A stretch of DNA of 64,000 nt from Pecten maximus (taxonomy: Eukaryota). Position 1 is the stretch's first letter. Each line of letters starts with the position of its first letter. The translations under genes and the position numbers were made by a program. Where the stretch lies: assembly GCF_902652985.1 (NCBI RefSeq), contig NC_047020.1, positions 12,400,001 through 12,464,000 on the forward strand, given 5' to 3'. Below, piece after piece: positions 35,621 to 47,124 of this stretch. The notes below the pieces were generated by a model that was not told where the DNA came from, searched no databases, and worked only from the letters and a program-made list of their open reading frames with translations.

Positions 35621-37566
35621 GCTAATTCAATAGTTTCTTAATTCCTACCATAGTACATTTTATGTATATAGGGATATAACGGTTAAAAATGTGTCTGTAA
35701 TTTGTCAATAATCACTTTCCCTCCAGCTGTAGCAGAGTGATTTCTCGCCAAATGACAAACCATCATTCACAAGACAGTTTTTAAAGAGACGGCGCTCCTG
35801 TTATAGTGTTTCTTTGTCTACCACTCACCAGGACAACGGTCCCATCAGAGGCGATAAGCCACGTAATTAAGATTGATTTGGCTAAATCGCAACATCCGGT
35901 CAAGTGTGGTCATTGATTGGTCGACAATGGACTGGCGAGAACTGACGGACACTGACTAAATCCGTGGGGTCAACCGATCGAAGTTAATTTGGCCAACAGA
36001 CATACTGTTGTGTGGCTGTTTTGTGATATTACCGACATTTTAGTGCTTCGTTATGGCGATTGTACGACAATTTATAACACTTTACAGTAACTTATCTTAC
36101 AGAAATAGTGTATCTAGCATTACAGCATTAATAATGAAAATAAATATACAGCAATATATACATGGGACCTGCGTAATATGGACAGCATCAGGCGAAAACT
36201 TTAATGGATATATTGTAATGTTTAATTATACTGACCTGTTCGAACATTCAAATTCGATCTACTGCAAGATCATAGCCGTATGCTTTGATATCCAGAGATA
36301 AACTGTAAAACTGTATTCTGGAGATGGGAAACCATTATGCTTGTGTTTTTTGGAAAAACATGTATAACGGAAATCTGTATCTTGAAACTAAAGAACATCA
36401 CTCGGATCATTTCTGGGTATCGAGATGTTCAGTGATGTCGACTTGGCGTGGTGTAAAAGGTACAGGTATTTCTGGCTAGACAATTTGGTACTGTAAATCA
36501 GGATGTCGAGGCCGGGTCAGGACACGAGTAAAACATTGTCTTCCTTCGTCATAATGCGTTTCTATGTTTATGTTCAAATATAAAGATACAAACGGCTGGT
36601 GTACCTATCTTTTGAAAGAGAGCGAATGTCATGATGAAAGGTGAACGTTTTAATAGTAGATTTCCTATATATATATTGTTTACACCCCAAAATCATATCA
36701 CACAGGTGTCTAATTTGTGTAAGATATTCTATAATACAAGTCATGTTAAACACTACCGGGGATCTTTTCATGCATGTTTAACTAAATAACGATGAGTGTT
36801 GCTGCCCGTGTGTCTCTCTGTAGCAATATGAATCCTATATGGTCTCATTACCGCTCTGTTACTATTGGAAATTGCCTTAGACAGGTCGTTAATTCAGCGA
36901 AAAACATGTATTGTGATGGCGATAGAAATAAATTGGGAGTCATGGGGTTAATAGGATCTACCCTCGAAGGCGAAGTGGCGTCGGATACAATCGGGGACTT
37001 AATAACATCACTCATTTCGAATAAACCTTCGGCAATTCAACCTTTGGCGGTGACCAATGCAATACGGAATAGAAAACCTATATTTTTAAAGATGACGTAT
37101 CAAACTATGGCGTTTTGAGTATTTGAGATTTAAGTAACGTAAACAGTTCACGAACAATATATTTACAAACAGCGCAAATGGAACCGAAATGTATGGATTA
37201 AAAACAAGCTTGTTCGCGGCGATTCAGTGTATTTGACAAGGTCATCATGAGACATCTGACTTCAGGATCCAGTGTTGATATGTGAAGTATCGCGTGATCA
37301 GTAATTGAACGTTACTCAAGCATGCCAGTACTCATGCCCTTTCCGGAAGTCAAACAGCAGTTCTGACATGCGTAAGTTATGGCTCACCGGATATGTCATT
37401 ATCAAGAAAGCGACTTTCTGCCATCTTTACATGGAATGAGAAACCGGTTATGGTTGAAAAACAAAACTGGCATCGCCAATCCAGCATGCATCCATTTTAT
37501 AAACAAGCATATTATGTCATGTTTGAGGCAAGCAAGAGGTTTCGCAAGTGTAAACGAAACCGTATT

Positions 37567-37703
37567 NNNNNNNNNNNNNNNNNNNNNNNNNNNNNNNNNN
37601 NNNNNNNNNNNNNNNNNNNNNNNNNNNNNNNNNNNNNNNNNNNNNNNNNNNNNNNNNNNNNNNNNNNNNNNNNNNNNNNNNNNNNNNNNNNNNNNNNNNN
37701 NNN
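37567..37703. other. Assembly gap (137 N)
   Basis: Run of n. Confidence 1.
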
Positions 37704-38164
37704 TTGTGTTCATTTCGGAAATGGCTTTTTCGTCGCCATGTCGTAAGAGAAAGGCGTTTACACTTTAGACAAAATATCATATCAAATATCATATTAGTCA
37801 GGAAGTTGACGATGGAACTCGGACCAAAAGGACATTGAAGCGACTTTTGATATTCCAGCCACAATACTTAGTACCATTTAAAAAAATTGCATTGAAATTT
37901 TGAAACAATGCTCAGCCGAGAACACATCGCTAAGCTTCTAAGCGTTGTCCATGAACTTGTTGAAACGGTTCTTTACAAATGGTTTGTTGGAAAAAGGAAT
38001 CCGAAATCTCATTATCAAGGTCTATATTGTTGGTAAAATCTGACGAATTTTCAAAGCCAACACTGGCTGGTTGGACCGCTTCAAGACAAGACATGATATT
38101 GTGTGTCGCTCAGTTTGTTGGTGTTGATGTCAGTTCTGAAATAGAGGACGAGTGGCTAACCAAC

Positions 38165-39130
38165 ATACTAACGGGAGACAATTTGACCTTGGCAGAGTTT
38201 GTAAGTACATACTAACGGGAGACAATTTGACCTTGGCAGAGTTTGTAAGTATATACTAACGGGAGACAATTTGACCTTGGCAGAGTTTGTAAGTATATAC
38301 TAACCGGAGACAATTTGACCTTGGCAGAGTTTGTAAGTATATACTAACGGGAGACAATTTGACCTTGGCAGAGTTTGTAAGTACATGTATATACTAACGG
38401 GAGACAATTTGACCTTGGCAGAGTTTGTAAGTACATGTATATACTAACGGGAAACAATTTGACCTTGGCAGAGTTTGTAAGTATATACTAACCGGAGACA
38501 ATTTGACCTTGGCAGAGTTTGTAAGTATATACTAACGGGAGACAATTTGACCTTGGCAGAGTTTGTAAGTACATGTATATACTAACGGGAGACAATTTGA
38601 CCTTGACAGAGTTTGTAAGTACATGTATATACTAACGGGAAACAATTTGACCTTGGCAGAGTTTGTAAGTATATACTAACCGGAGACAATTTGACCTTGG
38701 CAGAGTTTGTAAGTATATACTAACGGGAGACAATTTGACCTTGGCAGAGTTTGTAAGTACATGTATATACTAACGGGAGACAATTTGACCTTGGCAGAGT
38801 TTGTAAGTACATGTATATACTAACGGGAAACAATTTGACCTTGGCAGAGTTTGTAAGTATATACTAACCGGAGACAATTTGACCTTGGCAGAGTTTGTAA
38901 GTATATACTAACGGGAGACAATTTGACCTTGGCAGAGTTTGTAAGTATATACTAACCGGAGACAATTTGACCTTGGCAGAGTTTGTAAGTATATACTAAC
39001 GGGAGACAATTTGACCTTGGCAGAGTTTGTAAGTACATGTATATACTAACGGGAGACAATTTGACCTTGACAGAGTTTGTAAGTATATACTAACGGGAGA
39101 CAATTTGACCTTGGCAGAGTTTGTAAGTAT
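38165..39130 (+). repeat. 44/50-bp minisatellite, about 21 copies, with a 188-bp higher-order repeat
   Basis: Unit TACTAACGGGAGACAATTTGACCTTGGCAGAGTTTGTAAGTA(CATGTA)TA; GTAAGT spacing includes a recurring 44,44,50,50 pattern. Confidence 0.93.
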
Positions 39131-39529
39131 TGATGTTGACCTTGTTAGTTAAACAGAAATGTCCGATTCCGACATTGTTGGTTCTGTACTTAACATAGAA
39201 GACGAAGGAGAGACAGCCGGCGGCGATGACCATGGCGACATGACGGGCTCTATAGTGTAACATAAGATTAGGAATATCTGACAAAACGACATGGGTTTAT
39301 TGAACAACAGTCAAATAGTCCTGTCTATGCTTTCAGGGTTTTCCATACAATTCAAACTGTTTTAAAACTATGTTTCAAAAAGTAAACGAAGGCAAAAAAG
39401 TGATTTATTTATATAACATCTTTGACTGAAGTGTATAGCTGTTTATTTCCACGTGTACTCTATCCAGAAATACGTCTGTCCATAGAAACATTTTATTGAT
39501 TTTTTCCAAACTTCCTAATTCACGTATAG

Positions 39530-39597
39530 CGAACTATGTTTATAACGAACTAATTTCCTTGGTCCCCTGACATTCGTTATCAATATGTTTTACTGTA
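39530..39597. mobile_element. Tigger/pogo-like MITE end
   Basis: TATAGCGAAC/TATAACGAAC subrepeats, GGTCCC core and a ...GTTTTACTG-TA terminus; the other end was not found. Confidence 0.45.
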
Positions 39598-41452
39598 TAG
39601 ATTTAACTTAAATCTATCTAAAATCTTACTAAAAAGTACACTGTGTATATGACAGTTTTTTCTCACATCTTGCTTCAAAGCATGGTCTGTGCGAAACGGT
39701 GATTGTAAACATGGCAGATTTTAAATATTCTCAATACCCATACAACAGCAGTAGAAGCGGGGAATTTCACCGAGATTAATCAATCATAATCGAGAAATCA
39801 ACACAACAGCGGTAACTGAGACACCGTGAACTTTAACAAGCATATTAAGTGGATACTCAGAAGCCTTTACGGGCATAATTAATATTTGTCCGAGATGTAG
39901 CACTTTATAGCGTTCCTTAACCTTAAGGAATTTCGCTATGTTGGGTAACTTGTTTTCCTTAACTTCTTCGAACATAGCAATTAAATTCTGTGAGCCGAAT
40001 CACTATGCGACAAAATATAGTTCGTAATCAAAGAAGTTTACCATCTACTTCAGATGTACAGCCGAGAGAAAGGGAGGCTCGATGTTTATGTTACGTCAAG
40101 ATGTCGCGACCATTTCTTTCAAATGACTACGATTAGGGACAGTGGCTCTACCATTTTGTCGTAAATTTGTGATTTGGGGTCCATTGCATATCGAGAAATA
40201 GGGACAGGGAGGTCAGTTGTGTTTGATATGTCTCACTTCCATGAGTATATTGCCATCGTCACATTCTACTCCATACTACGGTACTAAACCACAAATTATT
40301 CTATCTTTTCTCTCACCCAATGTCAACCGCCGACAAATCCGGAAAGTGTGGCCTTGTTGATGTTTTTGATCGACAGATGACAAAAAAGCGATAGTAGAAG
40401 GAGTTCGCATGATCAAAGGCCTGATGTTAGCCAATCAGAATTGCTGGAGGTCAGGAACGACCAATGTGAGGATTTGAAAGAGTTACAAACCGCGGTGTGT
40501 AAACAAAAACAATAACATACTGTTACGAAGATTATCCTGTGGTATATCAGGTGTAAAACAGGCGTAGTTATGGGATAAATAAGACACAGTAACTTACTAC
40601 TGTAACACTGGGAAGTTGTTGACTTGTATGACTTATAGTAGAGAGCGGTCACATTAATCGAACGTTACCACCATACATTTCATATAACCTAACGTGAAAA
40701 GTGTACATGTGTGTATTTATGTGGCCGCAAAGCATGACAATATCTTAAGAGTGCTCCTTTTTAGATTAACAATATTTCCAATTGTTCGATCTGATTTAAA
40801 CATATTGTTGCCGTTATAATAGCAAAGGAATTTAGGGAAAGTTTGAACAACAAATGTTTCTGATACATACAGCTACAAAGTCCTGTTCAAAAAGAAGAAA
40901 TATATGACTGTCAGATGCCCTTAGCTTCTTGTTGCTAATGAGAATTTAGAGAATATCTACACTTCTATGAATGTGTAGTAGGAGTTCTATCTGCTTTCAG
41001 ACAGTTCCGCACTTTCTCCCAGGAACTCCCTGACGTTTAGACGACACACAGATTTACGTCTGTACTTTTAGGATCGGTGTCGTACATGCGCTTTAATTTG
41101 CTCCTGGTTACAGCGGAAGTGAGAATAACGACCTGTTAAGTCACACAGGATTGCTTTCGGTCGTGATGAGTCGCTAGCTGGCCGTCTTTCCCGATGTTGG
41201 TAAAAATGTGAGTGATGCTGGCAATTTTTGACGTTGGTTAAATGATGTTACGGGTTTTCAAAGTGCTTTTGCTTGAAGCATGTGGACTAATTTCAGTTAA
41301 AAGATTGAGGACCCGTGCACTATTTAACAGACTCGCTAGCGGATAATTTGCAAGAAAATGAAAATGGTAAAAAAGGAAAGGAAAAGGAAAACAAAGACGA
41401 AAAAATAGAGCACATGCGATTTAAACTACATATATATTTGTACATATGTATA

Positions 41453-42512
41453 TGTCACAGGGTTATATTTTATGTAAAATCATTGTATGTTATATTTCAT
41501 GGAGTGTGCATCTTTAATGTACTGTTGGTATTTGTTTGGTGTGAGAAACCTTAATAGGAATGAAAGGAATGTGAGTATGTATGACATGTGACCTGACATG
41601 GACAATTTCATTGGACAGTTTTTACCTGTATTGCATGTTTTTAATCCTCTTAGTATTTCAAATCACTTCTCTTCTGGCGCTCTAGCTGAAAACAATCTGT
41701 AGAAGTCAGAGCCTAAATTATATTGAAGATCTGGTGAGTTTTTACTTTCATTTGATACTATTTTGTAACTAAGTATATATTAATGTTGTATTATAAAACA
41801 ACATGTAATATTGTGTTTTAATAAGTATTTTGAAAAGATCTGTGTAGAAAGCATATCTGGTACTTTGTCAGAAGTTATGTGCTTCATGTATGTTTAATTG
41901 GAATTGATAGATATCATAATACAATATATTTTGTATATGACGTTTTTATTTGTATATATATTAGACCAGATTATTCATTGATTACAGCTGGTGATTACTT
42001 GTGAATCTGGTTGGTGGTAATGAATAATGTTCCGGAAACCTCCGCATGATATGTGGGGTGAGTTGTAGTTCTGGTTGTTTTAATTGTATAGTACATTATG
42101 TACATGGTGATTTTGTCTGTAGGAAAATTACCAATGTTTTATATATATTAATAGTAATGTAAGTGATAAAGGTAGGGATAATTTCCTAATTTGATATTTG
42201 TATATCTATTGTGTCTAAATAGTGAATAACTAGTTTGATATATTCTAGTTATCGATATGTGTATTCTAAAAACATAAATGTATTAGTATTTGGTTCTGTT
42301 AACGTATTTATAACAGAAATTGTGCCATCTCTTTGTTATCGGTTCAAATATGTTACATGTAAGAGTTATGTCCCTTGATTGTCATGTCTGTAGTTTAGTA
42401 TGTATGTGTGTATGATTAGTATTTCTTGTAATTGTAGGGTTTTATTAATGGATAATAAAACTACCATGAACAACAAAGTGGCATTGGATTATATATACCC
42501 ACACCTGTAACA
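41453..42512 (+). repeat. 5' LTR
   Basis: No differences from 47125-48184 seen by eye; TG...CA ends; AATAAA at 42454. Confidence 0.95.
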
Positions 42513-42514
42513 AA

Positions 42515-42528
42515 TGGCGCCCAACGTG
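42515..42528 (+). promoter_or_regulatory. Primer-binding site complementary to tRNA-Lys(1,2)
   Basis: TGGCGCCCAACGTG equals the first 14 nt of the known Lys1,2 PBS TGGCGCCCAACGTGGGGC. Confidence 0.85.
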
Positions 42529-42820
42529 ATTAATTGGATTTTGTGATCACCGGTAGATGACGGGAGGAATATTCAATTACAAGCCCCTGTGTTCAATTAG
42601 CGGAAGTGATTTCCGGTCCCGAGAAAGTTTTCCATGATGACGACATGTACAGCCGACAGCGGTAAGCTGATTTGGTGACATTTCCCGTGACAAGTTATTT
42701 ATTTGAACTTGACATTTATATTTCTGTGTTCCTGATTCGATGTGTGTTTTGGTCGCGAATAGTCAACACCCATTTATCCTGTTTTGGTGAGGCACTTTAT
42801 ACATTTTATGTGATGGACAC

Positions 42821-45800
42821 ATGTGCCGACTGTTGCACTTGTGTGACAGTTCGTCATTGACCTTTCGCTATACCGGAAGTGTGCAGAGACTTTGTTACAA
42901 ATTATTTCTGAGACCTGTGTTGCCAAATCAGATATTGGACATTGAGTGTGCTGGTGGTACGTCATTGCCATATCTAGGATGTATTGAAGCTGATTTGGAG
43001 AGACTCCCAGGGCTTAGTGGTAAACCTCATCGATGTATTTTCTTAGTTATACCAGACAGTAATTACAACAAAGCCGTTCCTTTGCTGTTGGGGACTAACA
43101 TTCTTATAGAGGCTTTGAACGGAAGTAGACGTACTCATGGTGGACGTTTCTTACAAGACATGAAGATGGAAGCACCTTGGTATCTGACATTTCGTTGTCT
43201 GATGTTAAGGTCTAAGGAGCTTCGACGCAGAGAATTTTGCCTTGGTAAGGTGAAGCTGGCAGAGAAAGGAAACATCACGATTGCTTCAAACTCAAAGGTG
43301 ACTGTAACGGGGATGATTGACAAGCCAGTTAATTATATACCAACCTGTGCCCTTGTACAAGCTACCAAGTCAGATATTACTCAGGATTTGGACATTACAC
43401 CTGGATTGCTGCACTACGACTACAGAGAACTCGACTACAGAGTACCTGTCACTATCTCGAACATCAGCGTCCGGAGTATTACCATACCATCCAAGTCTGT
43501 TATAGCAGAACTACATCCTGTTTCAGTAGAGGGATCATTAGAAGATTATCATACTCCTGAGAAGGAATCAGACTTCAGGAATCTTCTTAACTTGGACCTA
43601 ACATCTCTAGATAGACATCAACAGATAAAGTTGGATAATCTTTTACAGGATTTTTCCGATGTTTTTTCGTCAGGGGATCTTGATCTGGGCCATTGTTCGG
43701 GTACTCAACATCATATCGAGTTAACAGATGATACCCCGTTCAGACAGAGATTCAGGAGGATACCCCCGGCCATGTTAGAAGAGGTTAGGGATCATCTCAG
43801 GCAGCTGTCAGCATGTGGAGTGATTCGTCGGTCTCACAGTCCATGGTCCTCATGCGTGGTATTAGCTAGGAAGAAGGATGGCACCCTGAGAATGTGTATT
43901 GACTATCGTCAACTCAACAACAGGACGATAAAAGATTCCTACGCTTTACCCAGGATAGAGGAGATCTTAGACTCGCTCCATGGCTCGAAGTATTTTACAG
44001 TTCTAGATATGAAGAGTGGATACCATCAGGTGGAAGTAACGGAGGAGCACAAACAGAGGACAGCATTTACTGTTGGACCTTTGGGACTATGGGAATATAA
44101 CAGAATGCCATTTGGACTTGTGAACGCTCCGGCTACTTACCAGAGATTAATGGAAGACTGTTTAGGAGACTATATTGGATCTATATGTTTTATATATCTG
44201 GATGATTTGATTATCTTTTCAAAGGATGTTGACACACATATGGATCGCCTGGCACTGGTATTTCAGCGGCTGAGGGAGAGCGGGATAAAGCTATCGCCGA
44301 AGAAGTGTTCACTGTTCCAGTCAAGGGTGAAATATTTAGGTTTTATTGTCTCTGAAGATGGTGTGGAAGCTGACCCTGACAAGATATCAAAGATTGCGGA
44401 ATGGAAACCACCGGAGAGTCCAGATGAACTTCGCAAATTCCTTGGCTTTGCAGGATACTATAGGAAATTTGTTAAGAATTTTTCTACCATCGCTAAGCCA
44501 TTGAATGACCTGCTCCCACCTACAGTAAAGAAGAAGATGAAACCTAGCAAGAAATCAATTCCGATTGATTGGACATGGGGTAACGAACAGCAGGAAGCTT
44601 TTGACAGGCTCAAGGAAATACTTACTACACCTCCTGTACTGGGATATCCAGATCTGACTTTACCCTTTGAGCTGCATACCGATGCTAGTGGACGAGGACT
44701 CGGGGCAATACTATACCAGACTCAGGATGGAAAGAAGAAGGTTATCAGTTATGCAAGTAGAGGTTTAAACAAGGCAGAAAGAAGATACCCTGCTCATAAA
44801 CTGGAATTTCTTGCGTTGAAGTGGGCTATAACTGACAAATTCTCTGATTACCTGTACGGAACAACGTTTTCTGTCTTAACAGATAACAATCCCTTAACGT
44901 ATGTCTTGACTACAGCTAAACTGGATGCCACAGGACACCGATGGTTAGCGGCTCTATCTAACTACAACTTCACGATTAGGTACACACCAGGTCGTACCAA
45001 CACAGACGCTGATGCTTTGTCTCGTCTGCCTGAGGAGTTGGATACGGAGTCGGTCAAGGCCATATGTGGAAGTTTGCAGGGAGATGGACGAGCTGATATT
45101 CTGTCAACAGCTGATACATGGGATGATGATCTTTGTGACTTGGAGCAGATGTCCAATAGGGATTGGAGACGTGTACAGTCAAGGGATCCAGTACTACAGC
45201 CATTCATCCATGCTGTTAGAGAAGGGAAGAAACCCAGTAGACAGAATTTGAGTCCGAAGCAGCTAATGCTCCTGCGTAACTTCAGTCATCTCACTCTAGA
45301 CAACAGTGTTTTGTACAGAGAGACACTTAAGCAGACTCAGAAGATTCGACAACTGGTTTTACCTACATCTATGATGAAGTGTACTCTGCAATACTTGCAT
45401 GATGACGTAGGACATCCAGGGAGAGACCGTACCCTTTCATTGGTCCAGGAGCGATTCTATTGGCCTGGAATGACCAGGGATGTCGAGGACTGGGTTTCTA
45501 ACTGTCAGCGTTGTACTTTGAGGAAAACTCCTACAACTCAGAGAGCACCTTTAGTCAACATCAGGACCTCTCAACCTCTTGAATTGGTTTGTGTTGATTT
45601 TCTGACACTAGAGATGTCCAAGGGTGGATTTCAACATTTACTGATACTTACGGATCATTTTACGCGGTACGCCCAGGCCTACCCTACCAGGAATATGACA
45701 GCCAGGACAACAGCGGAAGTGTTATACAACAACTTCTTCCTTCATTATGGTTTTCCTGTTAGGCTTCATTCAGACCAGGGACCAAACTTTGATGGAAAAT

Positions 45801-47002
45801 TGATCCATGAGCTGTGCCATGTTGCAGGAATCAGGAAATCAAGGACTTCACCCTACCATCCGAGCTGCAATGGGATGTGTGAACGGTTCAATAGAACTGT
45901 ACTGAACATGTTGGGAACATTGGATCCGGACCTGAAGGGTGATTGGAAGAAACATGTAGGACCCTTGGTACATGCTTACAACAGTACACGGCATGAACAG
46001 ACTGGCTATAGTCCATTCTACCTTATGTTTGGGAGGAGGCCACGGTTACCAGTGGACTTAGCTTTTGGGATTGAGAGAAAGGAGAAGAGTTCAAGCCCGT
46101 GTAAGTATGTGGATGAGCTGCGAACCAGACTAAAGTCTGCTTATGATGTTGCCACAAGGAGTGCAGATAAAGCTCGGGGGAGACAAAAGGAAAACTATGA
46201 CAGACGGATACGCGGTTCAAGCATATTGTGTGGTGATAGGGTGTTGGTTAAGAAGCTGGTACATGAAGGAAAGCATAAGCTTGACAACAAATGGGAAGAT
46301 ACAGTGTATGTAGTGGAAAAACAGGAGAACAACGAAATCCCGGTATTCACTGTCAGGCCGGAAACAGGAACAGGTCGTACCAGGAAGCTCCACAGGAACC
46401 TGCTACTACCAGTAGGGGAGTTATTCTCTCAGGAGAGCGGAGATGTGGACCCTGATCCTGTGATTCCGAAGCCAAGACTCAGACGGAACAGATCTAGGGA
46501 TACCGTGGAGAAGGTAGTCATCAATGGAGATGATCATGGTCCAGCAGCTGATCTAGTTAGCACTTCATCCAGTGCTGAGGGGGCTAGAGACGTTGGCATG
46601 GACACTGGAGTTTCTTCTGACGTGGATGACGACCCATTGCCAGATGAAACTGAGGGTGGCAGTGGTGCTGATGACGATCAGAACTCTACTGCAGAGGATC
46701 ACCAGATGTCGCCCAGGAGGGTCCTCAACTCTTCGGAGGGGGAGGAAGTGGCACCTGTCAGTGCCAAGCACCGAGGACCAGATCATGAGAGACCAGTACC
46801 TGTTCCCAGGAAAACTATCAGAAGACATCAACCCCCGACTTGGCAAACCTCGGGTGAATTTGCTATGCGCCAGACCACTGTGACACCAGATTGGATGTCA
46901 AGGGCAAGCTACCTGCAGGAATTGGCCAAGGAAGGGAATCTGGACAGAATGCCAGAGAGAATATTGGATTCTCTTTTGACCATTGTAAGTGGGTCAACAT
47001 GA
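42821..47002 (+). CDS. pol: Pol polyprotein: partial protease, RT, RNase H, integrase and an acidic C-terminal extension
   Basis: RT motifs LDMKSGYHQ, MPFGL and YLDD. RNase H motifs TDASG, LEFLALKWA and TDNNPL. Integrase HHCC (H..GH...C..C), D,D-35-E core (CVDF, HSDQG, NGMCER), and a GPY/F-like KLDNKWE. Confidence 0.95.
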   Translation: MCRLLHLCDSSSLTFRYTGSVQRLCYKLFLRPVLPNQILDIECAGGTSLPYLGCIEADLERLPGLSGKPHRCIFLVIPDSNYNKAVPLLLGTNILIEALNGSRRTHGGRFLQDMKMEAPWYLTFRCLMLRSKELRRREFCLGKVKLAEKGNITIASNSKVTVTGMIDKPVNYIPTCALVQATKSDITQDLDITPGLLHYDYRELDYRVPVTISNISVRSITIPSKSVIAELHPVSVEGSLEDYHTPEKESDFRNLLNLDLTSLDRHQQIKLDNLLQDFSDVFSSGDLDLGHCSGTQHHIELTDDTPFRQRFRRIPPAMLEEVRDHLRQLSACGVIRRSHSPWSSCVVLARKKDGTLRMCIDYRQLNNRTIKDSYALPRIEEILDSLHGSKYFTVLDMKSGYHQVEVTEEHKQRTAFTVGPLGLWEYNRMPFGLVNAPATYQRLMEDCLGDYIGSICFIYLDDLIIFSKDVDTHMDRLALVFQRLRESGIKLSPKKCSLFQSRVKYLGFIVSEDGVEADPDKISKIAEWKPPESPDELRKFLGFAGYYRKFVKNFSTIAKPLNDLLPPTVKKKMKPSKKSIPIDWTWGNEQQEAFDRLKEILTTPPVLGYPDLTLPFELHTDASGRGLGAILYQTQDGKKKVISYASRGLNKAERRYPAHKLEFLALKWAITDKFSDYLYGTTFSVLTDNNPLTYVLTTAKLDATGHRWLAALSNYNFTIRYTPGRTNTDADALSRLPEELDTESVKAICGSLQGDGRADILSTADTWDDDLCDLEQMSNRDWRRVQSRDPVLQPFIHAVREGKKPSRQNLSPKQLMLLRNFSHLTLDNSVLYRETLKQTQKIRQLVLPTSMMKCTLQYLHDDVGHPGRDRTLSLVQERFYWPGMTRDVEDWVSNCQRCTLRKTPTTQRAPLVNIRTSQPLELVCVDFLTLEMSKGGFQHLLILTDHFTRYAQAYPTRNMTARTTAEVLYNNFFLHYGFPVRLHSDQGPNFDGKLIHELCHVAGIRKSRTSPYHPSCNGMCERFNRTVLNMLGTLDPDLKGDWKKHVGPLVHAYNSTRHEQTGYSPFYLMFGRRPRLPVDLAFGIERKEKSSSPCKYVDELRTRLKSAYDVATRSADKARGRQKENYDRRIRGSSILCGDRVLVKKLVHEGKHKLDNKWEDTVYVVEKQENNEIPVFTVRPETGTGRTRKLHRNLLLPVGELFSQESGDVDPDPVIPKPRLRRNRSRDTVEKVVINGDDHGPAADLVSTSSSAEGARDVGMDTGVSSDVDDDPLPDETEGGSGADDDQNSTAEDHQMSPRRVLNSSEGEEVAPVSAKHRGPDHERPVPVPRKTIRRHQPPTWQTSGEFAMRQTTVTPDWMSRASYLQELAKEGNLDRMPERILDSLLTIVSGST

Positions 47003-47113
47003 TGTTTTATTTGTTATTTTAGTAGTACATGTATGTTGTTTTTATCCATTTTCTTGTAGGTGTGCAACATTGATATCTCCGTCACAACAATGACACGGAG
47101 GTCATTCATCTGT

Positions 47114-47124
47114 GAGGGGGAGTG
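47114..47124 (+). promoter_or_regulatory. Polypurine tract
   Basis: GAGGGGGAGTG immediately precedes the 3' LTR. Confidence 0.85.

Noticed and set aside
36792-37118. 108-aa plus-strand ORF
   Set aside because: Protein-like composition but no recognisable family or splice context; cannot be supported without a search.
37379-37864. ORFs spanning the N run
   Set aside because: Artefacts of translating the assembly gap.
38165-39130. CRISPR-like appearance of this and the other 30-55-bp arrays
   Set aside because: Units are head-to-tail with no unique spacers, there are no cas genes, and the context is a eukaryotic intron.
39760-40300. Possible very old Gypsy protease remnant on the minus strand (VKVHGVSVTAVV...LISVKF)
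   Set aside because: The catalytic motif is absent and the similarity is too short to call.
42869-42880. YTGS as a mutated protease DTGS
   Set aside because: The spacing to ILDIECAGG looks too short, the upstream residues do not fit, and CGGAAGT recurs in the leader as a non-coding motif. Probably coincidental, though not excluded.
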